A DNA stretch of 64,000 bases, from assembly GCA_964247055.1 (NCBI GenBank), contig OZ176053.1:3906001-3970000 (forward strand). The letters run 5' to 3'. Each line of letters starts with the position of its first letter. Within the stretch, counting starts at the first letter, position 1. Made by a program: the position numbers and the translations under genes. Shown piece after piece: positions 55,687 through 64,000 of this stretch. Under the pieces are notes generated by a model. It was not told the DNA's origin. It searched no databases and was given only the letters and a program-made list of their open reading frames with translations. Source of the stretch: Paragordius varius. Its lineage: Eukaryota > Animalia > Nematomorpha.

Positions 55687-58600
55687 CTGGAATATGAGCC
55701 AATCCTAATGATTCACGCTCTTGTTTTATTTGAACATCCAAACCATTCTTGATCCGTTTTGCGTAAAAGGTACCCAAGCTATCCTTTAATTTTTCCAATT
55801 TAATCTCAATCTCAGGGGTAGTTACAGGGAAACAGGCATAAAAATATTTTAGAAGCTCATTTAGGGCTGTATATGCCTGCTTAATATCATTGATGAGTGA
55901 GGGTGATAAAGTGCCTACGTAAAAAATATTACAAAAAAAGTAAGGCTAAAAAGCTACAAATTAAATTAAAGTAAATTTGATGCATATAAGTTTTTTAATT
56001 TTAGTTACCTAACATATCTTTGATGGTAGGATTGAATAGGGTATTGAAATATGGGCTACCAATACTGTAATAACTAAGAACATGATGTGAGCCGTTAGAC
56101 AAATCATTTATCTGAAATGTCAAAAAAACATTTGTAAAAAATAAAAAATATATATTAATAAACATTTTATTTTTAAAGTCTTAATAAATATACTTATTCA
56201 AAAAAGGCATGATAAACCAATATTAAATCGGTTTAAACCTATAGGAATATAACAAATATTACATAAATTTATATAATAAAATACATTTAATGTGGATTCT
56301 TCCGTTACGAATTCCAATGCTTTTTGCACAACAGATTTTGAATGGGCACGCATTTGTGTAAGCTCTGAAGGTGGTAAGGTATGAATATAAGATGTGTCCA
56401 TACTTGTTTCGTTTGTAACTTCATTGTATAACTCACTTAGGAAACCGAGGGTATCGTTTGTTGTATTGTCTAATATATACCATTTACAGATTAAATTCGC
56501 CTTAAACATTCAAATTCACCCTAGAACAATTCAAATTCACACATGAATAAATTATGTGTTTTTTGAAATTAAAAATTAGCTATATTTTTTTATATTTTTT
56601 AAAAAAATTACGTTTAAAATTAATATAATACTCAAAAAATAATAAACTATGCCATAATTTCTTATTTAAGTTATATTTGGCCGTAAACTCATAATTTATT
56701 TTTAGGGTGAATTTGAATGTTTAAGGGTGAATTTGAATTGTTCGAGGGAGAATTTCAATTGTTTAAGGATGAATTTGAATAATGGTATAATATTTATAAT
56801 TACAATTAATTTTATTTATTGCATTTATTAATAAATTATAAATACAATTAGTTCATGATACAAAAATGATCAATCAAAAATATTAGATAATTTGAGTTTA
56901 TGCAAAAATACCGTTAAGGTGATCATCTGGTATAACTTGGTTGTCTGATCCTTTTAAATCTTTATATTCTATATCAATTTTCTCTTTGACCAATTTCTGT
57001 AATATTTTATGAAAAATATAACACTTTATTTTGGACAAATGGGTAAAAAGGTTATTAAAATTAGACAATTTTTTCTATCTTATAATAAATTTGTTTAATT
57101 AATTATGCAAAATTAGTTTTATACAATACGCTACTGTAATACCAATAATTGGCCAACAATAAAGTCTGTGCTGTATATTGCAGATATCAAATTAAAATAT
57201 TATACCATTTACAATCCAAATTCACCCTCGAACAATTCCTCTAAAAATAAATTAGGTGTTTTCGGGAAAATATAACTCATCATTATATAAAATTTATCTT
57301 AATGGCATAGTTTATTATTTTTTCGGTGTTATTTTGATTTTAAACAAAATTTTATTTTTTAAAAATATAAAAAAATATTTTTTTATCTTAAAAACATATA
57401 ATTTAGGGTGAATTTGAACTGTAAATGGTATAATATATTCGCCAAGCGAATTTATTCATTATTTTATAAATGTTGATATCTAATAGTTGTAATTTTATGT
57501 TTTTATTTTATAATACATGGGTTTATTCATTGCATCTTGACTTTACCATAGATTCAGATATAAAACTACCAAATTTTTTCTGAATTTTACTAACTCACAA
57601 ATTAACAAAATTTGAAATTCGTTTGTACGCCACAAAACCATCTCGAGACACTTAATTATTAATATTGACGCAAGTTTTATTTTCCTTACTCCTTTTTCTC
57701 ATAAACTAAGATCCTTTTTAAAATACCGCATGCTAAAGTAAAAAATAAAGCAAAAATCTTAATATCTGTATTATCTTATATAACTTTTTTCACATATAAT
57801 TTCAACATATCATCAGAATTTAAAGAAAATTAAATATAAAAATCAATAAATTTTTAACCAAGCGACCATTAATCTCTAAATATGCTTCTAAAAACTTTAA
57901 AATTAACATCAAAAAATTAAATTAATAATAATTATTATATACTTGGGCAAGTTCTAAATTGTTTGTATTCCCATTTACGTCCCCTCTATCGTGAGTAAAT
58001 TTCGATTTTTTGGCTGTTCGAGAGCCAGTAGCCTGAGATAAAAGGATTGAATGTTGATTAACTCTTTGTATAAGGGTTAAGGCTTGTGGGTCAATATCAG
58101 CATATAAATCAAACACAGGCTATGAAATATTTTTTTTGTTTAATATAATTAATTATCTATATAAAATAATTGTATTAAAAAATATAAATATCACCTCGTT
58201 ATAATTAGTTTCGTCATCCATATTCTCCAAATCTAATAGGGGATTAGGTTCAAAATTGTCAATTTGCTCATTCAGCTCTATATTTTAAATTCAAAATAAT
58301 TAATTGTTCAATTCAATAATTATGGATAAGTTATTAAATAACTAAATTAATGCTAAATTTTAGTATGATGGATATAATTAACCAAAAGCTTGAAAGCTAT
58401 TTTTGCAACTTGTATTCTTTATTTTTTTGTTCAAAGTTATCTGGCTATAGAATGCACCAGATAGATAATCAAACTGAAAAGATTTTTTATCAAACCCATG
58501 ATTTAGTTACATATATTTTAGAAATATTATAAAAATTCAAACAATTAATATTACGTCTTTGATCGGCTTTAAGGCATTCCGCAAAAAAGTAATCTTTGGC

Positions 58601-60652
58601 ATTTGCAGTTTGTTTGGTTATGTGCTTATCCCGATTGAAATAGTGTGATTGAAAGAATCTGGTCCAAAACTCAAGTTCTGACACCGCGTGTGGCACGTGT
58701 TCATCAAATTTTTGTTTGACTAAAAATAGGGATGTTAAACATAAAGGGGAAAACTTAACTCAAACAAATCAAAGTGTAAAAAAATATACAATTAATTAAT
58801 ACATATATGACTTATAAAAACATAAATAAACCATTCTTATTATGATTTTAGGGGAAGGGAGAGGCAAACAAATAATTTGTCTTAATTCGATAATAAAAAA
58901 CCAAAAAGAGTTTATAAAGAATCATGTGAGATTTGATGATGTTATGCGATTTTAAAACTTTTGCATAAAAAATAGCTTTCAAATAATGGTAGCAAAATTT
59001 TTCATTATTAAATTCATCATTTTATTTAACAAGCGCCAACTAAAAATAGAATTATTAGTAGCAAAATGGCCACTTATACAATATTAGTTTAATAAAATTC
59101 GTATATTTGACTTGCTGACACACACAATACCTGATGGGTATATCTTAAAGATAGAATCAATAATATCCGAGGTTAGATTGTATTTGATTCCATTTGCTCC
59201 ATCCGAGATGGGTGTTAAATCAAACAAATAGGAAGCTGATATCCCAATATCATCGCTATTTAGGGCATCATCGGTGTTATTCTCCCGTTTTTGAGTTGTC
59301 GTGCCACGATTGTTTGACATTGCCAAATTATTTGTGGCAGAATTAGTATTTGATGTTAGGGCCATAAATTGTTTAGCATACGTTTCCCAAAAATCTTCGG
59401 GGCTTACAATCTAAAAGACGGATATATAAAATTAAAATCTTTTTTTTCCCAACTATTTTTTTAGATGTAAATTAATTTCCTTTTTGAGAAATAATATCTG
59501 TGGGGTAGTAGTTATTTTATTACTTCCTTTTATGCGTCTTTATTTATTATTTATATTATAACGCTTTTTTGAATTAACTTTTTTATGTTTACAATAATAT
59601 TCAAAATATTTTAGTGAGCCTCCATGTTTTTACACAATAAGTTTTTAGAATTCGTTATATGAATATAGGTGTGATTAAAACAGTCGATATTCTATATTTT
59701 TAGGCCATATTATACAGCAGACAATAAAACTTGAAACCACAAGTTTTTTATCAAACAAAAACTGAAACCGAACCCGCAGTGCAAATCGGTTATAAATAGT
59801 ATTTATATACCTTTTTTTATAAACAGGGTTTTATGTTGGATTTAAATCGGTAAAGTTTTTTTTAATTTTTTTAATAAAAATTTGATAAATTTTTATGGCT
59901 ATGTTTCTGCGGCTATTTATATTTCATCCCCTTTAACAATTACTGGATAATTATTAAATAAAACGATGACTGAAATTAAAACTTTTTTTGGGCCAAAACC
60001 GGGGTTTTTTTTAAAAAAATGGGGGTTTAGAGTTAAATTTCTCTTATCTATTAATTTATATCTAGACCTGACCAAATTATATGCTGAATATGGTTCGTAG
60101 AACAAACGACGATAGCTAACAGGGGTTGGAAAATTGATGCTATAAAAATAAAAAACCTGTGTGACTACCAATTCTTTGTACAAAGAAAAGAGTTCCGGAT
60201 TTTTTTGCAATAACTGATTTTTTTCTTCAAGCTGAGAAGTAATTTGTTGCTTATATTTTGGTAAAAGCTGTTGCAATAAATCTTTGACCCGTGCCCTGTC
60301 TTTTAGCTGTTTTTCTAAACCATCTGGCGAATTGAAATGGAAATTAGATGTTTCTCCGGAATTTAAAACAATTTGCAATTGAATCTTAACTTTTCCTTCG
60401 GGAGATATTTTTTGACCTATAAATTATGATAAAAATAAATAAAAATGATATATAAGACTATACTTAAATAATTATTTAAAAGCTATTTAAAAGTGTTTAA
60501 CTTTTAACATCTGAATAGCTGTAAGTAACTGCAAAATTTTGGGATTTTTCAGGTGCCCATGATATTCTATTGGCCAAAACATACAAAGATCCATCCACTT
60601 TTTTGTGCCGAACATGCGGCACCAAAGCTAAAACCTCTTCCGATGATTTCAT
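55470..60652 (-). CDS. GTF2H1: TFIIH p62 subunit (general transcription factor IIH subunit 1), about 11 exons
   Basis: Start [30 protein letters not shown] (PH domain). Other motifs: [68 protein letters not shown] (BSD), [21 protein letters not shown]. Last exon [19 protein letters not shown]...*. Exons include 60652-60502, 60416-60157, 59410-59131, 58719-58555, 58277-58195, 58119-57943, 56469-56285 and 55562-55470. Confidence 0.95.
55643..55681. repeat. (AT)n microsatellite at the 5' end of the last GTF2H1 intron
   Basis: Uninterrupted AT run of about 38 nt, starting a few nt after the donor at 55687. Confidence 0.9.
56478..56787. mobile_element. MITE family A, inverted relative to the 53.2- and 57.2-kb copies
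   Basis: TA|taccatttacag...aatggta|TA with 21-bp subterminal repeats. Internal aaactatgccataa is the reverse complement of ttatggcatagttt. Confidence 0.9.
57203..57430. mobile_element. MITE family A, short copy
   Basis: TA|taccatttaca ... tgtaaatggta|TA is a perfect 11-bp terminal match with fewer subterminal units. Confidence 0.9.
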
Positions 60653-60725
60653 GAATGCACACAAATATTTTTTATTTTTAAACACATTCCAAAAAATTGG
60701 TTAGCCTGCCTCACAGCTTAAATGA

Positions 60726-63700
60726 ATGGAGAACAACGGCTTACGCGAGCGAAAACCAGACACATTAAATATAGATGGAAAAGAGGATGAATTCTTAAAT
60801 AAAATACAGGTAAGTTCTTTAGATTTTTTATATAATTCTGTTAGGTTTGAACAAAGTTGTGATAAATTATTTTTATTATTTTAATAATTTATCGCAAATT
60901 ATATTAAGATATATTTATTTTTAAGTTTGTATTTTATATTTATTAATCAAGGAGTTTGCAAATCTAAAATTTTTAATTCCAATTATTAATATGGTAGATC
61001 TAATCCTTTATTACTTTTTTTACCAAGTTACCAGAGTTTGATCCTGCACATGAGGATATAATAACTTTCACATCTCGACAACTCCAAGAGGTCGCTGATG
61101 GGGCCGAACAATTGGTTCATAAAATTCTAATGTCTACCAATAAATGGCACGCCACGCATTTCTACAATCTCCCAAAATATTTGCAGGACAATGATTTCCT
61201 ACTCCATGGGCATAGGCCACAACTTGAATCATTCATTCAATGTTTCAAATCTATATTCCGGTTACATACAGAAACGGTTAACATTTGGACACATTTGCTA
61301 GGTATTATTTTAAACTAATTTGTTTAATAACTAGGTTAATCATTTATTGGAAAATATTATCCAAAATAGGAATTCTATTAATTTTCCTGTGCTATACATT
61401 GTTTTGAAAGCTTGGGGAGTTTTAATTTTTATTTTATATATTTTTCCATGTATTATGTTAAACAGGCTATTATTGGTTATACGGGTCCTATACATGTCTA
61501 TTATGGAAAAATATTCATACTTTCCCATAGATATACATTTTTCCCTATTAACAATTTAGGAGATTCCCATACTAATTATATCGACGTTAATTATTGTAAA
61601 AATCAGAGTATATTATAAACCCTTTGCCTTCCATTTTATTTTTCCACGTATTATATATTTCTCTCTATTTTATCTGTAGTGCTTTTGTGATAGATATATT
61701 TTTTGTAATTATATCATAGAAAACATATTGCACTTTATTATTAATCTATAAATTATTAATATGTTAATTTTTATATCGACGCTAATTCCAATCAAGTATA
61801 TTTGGTTAAGTGCCAAATTGGTAGATTAATTGCATTTAAAAACACCATTTATAATATAGAGTACCATATCTTTTAATACTATTATTCTTTGGATAAGCAA
61901 ACTCATGGTCTTACTTAAAAAAAGATTTTTTGTTTAAATAATTTGATTTTAATAATTAAATGTTTCAATTCTTTTACAGTTTAAAAATTACCAAATCGGA
62001 CGAATTGAAAAGCGATGACTCTTTTATATACTAAAAGTTAATTTTTTTACTTGATATTTAATTTTTATATATTAAGACTTCATTACCTTTTACCTTTTAG
62101 AGTAGTTTTATATCCCAGGGCACAATTTCGTAAATAAACTATAGGTTTGAAAGTTATTTTAGCTAAAATTACTTTTAAATATTGTTATGTAATAAATATT
62201 TTTTTTACAGTTTTGTGACTTCCAGAGTCCTAAATTGAGACAGCTCCAAAACACGATTGAAACTAACATCTGATATCAAAATCCAAATATATTAAGTTTT
62301 TTCTGGTAAAATGTAGCCCGAAAGCTTCCTAAATTCAATTATTTACATTTTATAACTATAATATGCATTTATTCGCCTGTTGCATTATCGATTTAAAATT
62401 ATAGAAAATATGGCGGCAAAAAAGTCTGAATTGAGGATTTATTTACAATTTTATATTTTTTTATAAAAAATTGTATAATGCGCCTATAAGGCTAAAAATA
62501 GCATATATTTAAATTCGGCTTATTATCTTATGTACTTTTTAAGATATTCAAATTTCAAATAGCTTTGGGATGTAAAACTATCCCAAAAGGTAATGAAGTA
62601 TTAACAATATATGAATTATTTATTAAATACAAACAAACATTTTTTTTCTCTATGGTTCCATAAAAAACCACAGAAGTATAGGCGAATTCTACGGTTAAAT
62701 ACTCATTTTACCTTAAAGGAGCGCATAATATTTACATTAAAATCTGACCTTAAGAAGTTTAATTCATATTAATTTTTTTATGAAATATATTATGTGAATT
62801 AGGTTGCATTGCATTTCTCGTGGTTGCAATATACTTTCTTTCAAGACCAAATACACAAATTTTATGGCGAGAAAAGGTGATATTTGGCGCATTTTTCTTG
62901 TCAGCCATATTATGTCTTGGGTTTTCATTCCTTTTCCACACCATGTCTTGTCACAGTGAAAAAATGGGAAAATTATTTAGCAGGTTATATTTTATATAAT
63001 CAACTTATAATAAAAAATGATTAATTTTTTTTAAATTATATTTTGAAATATTTTTTAAAATATCAAGAAAACTGAATCCATAAAGTTTACAACCACTTTT
63101 TGTATTTTATTTCTTGCTAAATGTAATTTTTACTTATAAAAACGCAAAGAGTTTTTTATAATATCAATAACTTTAGATTTAATGATGGAATTTATTTTTT
63201 ATTGACAAGGATATAATTATCATTTACCGCTATCTTTAAAATTTATTCCATACAACAAAAATTAACTATTACGACATTCAATTATAAGCCTGCTTGAAAT
63301 TTTTAATTTTGATGTCTATAGACTTGATTATTGTGGGATAACGCTTTTAATCATGGGTTCCTGCATACCCTGGTTATATTACAGTTTTTACTGCCAACCT
63401 TACACCAAATACGGTTACTTGACACTCATAATATGCCTTGGCATAATTTGTTTAATTATTTCGTTTTGGGAACGGTTTGGGGATCCTAATTACCGCTGGT
63501 TACGTGCAGGTATATATTTGTAGATTTATTTTGAATAATAACACAAAATATATGTTTTAACACTATTTTGCCTTAAAATATAGGATTTAATTTTTATGAA
63601 TGGATTTTTATCGAGTGATGTTTCATAAAGTCTGATAAAGATATAAGCGACGTTTGAGTTGGAAATTTAATCATGATTTAATTTTATAAAGATAAATCGG

Positions 63701-64000
63701 ACAATTAAAATTTTAATTAACCAATGTAATAATTTGAATTTTGTAACATAATCGCATTTAGCCATATTAGGCTTTGCCCAAAATATACATAATCGGTTTA
63801 TAATCACCCCTAAAATGCTCGCTAAATTTTAAGTGACTTTGTGCCAAGAAATATATAATAATTGGTTTTATTTGTTTACCCTGAGGTTATTATTTTAAAT
63901 ATTTTACAATTCATATTTAAGTCTCATTACCCTTATTTAATTTATGATTTACAATTTTTTGTGTAGGACTCTTTATTACATTTGGTTGCAGTGGTGTTAT
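60726..64000 (+). CDS. ADIPOR: Adiponectin receptor (PAQR family); 3' part lies outside the window
   Basis: Exons 60726-60809, 61028-61301, 62803-62983, 63322-63509, 63967 to the edge. Motifs: YLQDNDFLLHGHRP..QCFKSIFRLHTETVNIWTHLLG, EKVIFGAFFLSAILCLGFSFLFHTMSCHSE, LDYCGITLLIMGSCIPWLYYSFYC. Confidence 0.95.

Noticed and set aside
60454-60465. aagactatactt, identical to the U3 snoRNA 5' end as I recall it
   Set aside because: It is only a 12-nt AT-rich match, with no downstream box A, B, C or D. It is coincidental intron sequence.

Overview
This is a very AT-rich eukaryotic window, almost certainly from an animal: it carries a RIM/Piccolo-type PDZ+C2 gene and uses the standard genetic code. 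There are no CRISPR arrays or cas genes, and I recognised no rRNA or tRNA. Positions 1-10.9 kb are a 62-bp tandem satellite (about 175 monomers) that runs off the left edge. It is heterogeneous at 1-7 kb and homogeneous at about 8.4-10.9 kb. Positions 11-18 kb are mostly decayed DNA transposons, including a roughly 1.2-kb near-palindromic element. The intron-containing genes are UPF2 (+), a RIM/Piccolo-like gene (+), SUMF1 (-), an ETNPPL/PHYKPL-type class III aminotransferase (-), centrin (+), GTF2H1/TFIIH p62 (-) and an AdipoR/PAQR gene (+, truncated by the window edge). There is also an intronless BTB-BACK gene and two ORFs I cannot identify. Splicing these genes by hand against remembered homologues needs eleven introns of only 21-32 nt, one of them with a GT...TG boundary. 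The long introns are filled with TA-flanked MITEs, hAT MITEs, a dead Mos1-like mariner and similar elements. A Helitron and an RTE LINE fragment lie between genes. The best leads are the miniature-intron splicing system, the non-canonical acceptor, a 58%-GC double-hairpin island between two divergent genes, and a 73-bp head-to-head gene pair. All gene models and homology calls come from manual reading, with no database searches run.
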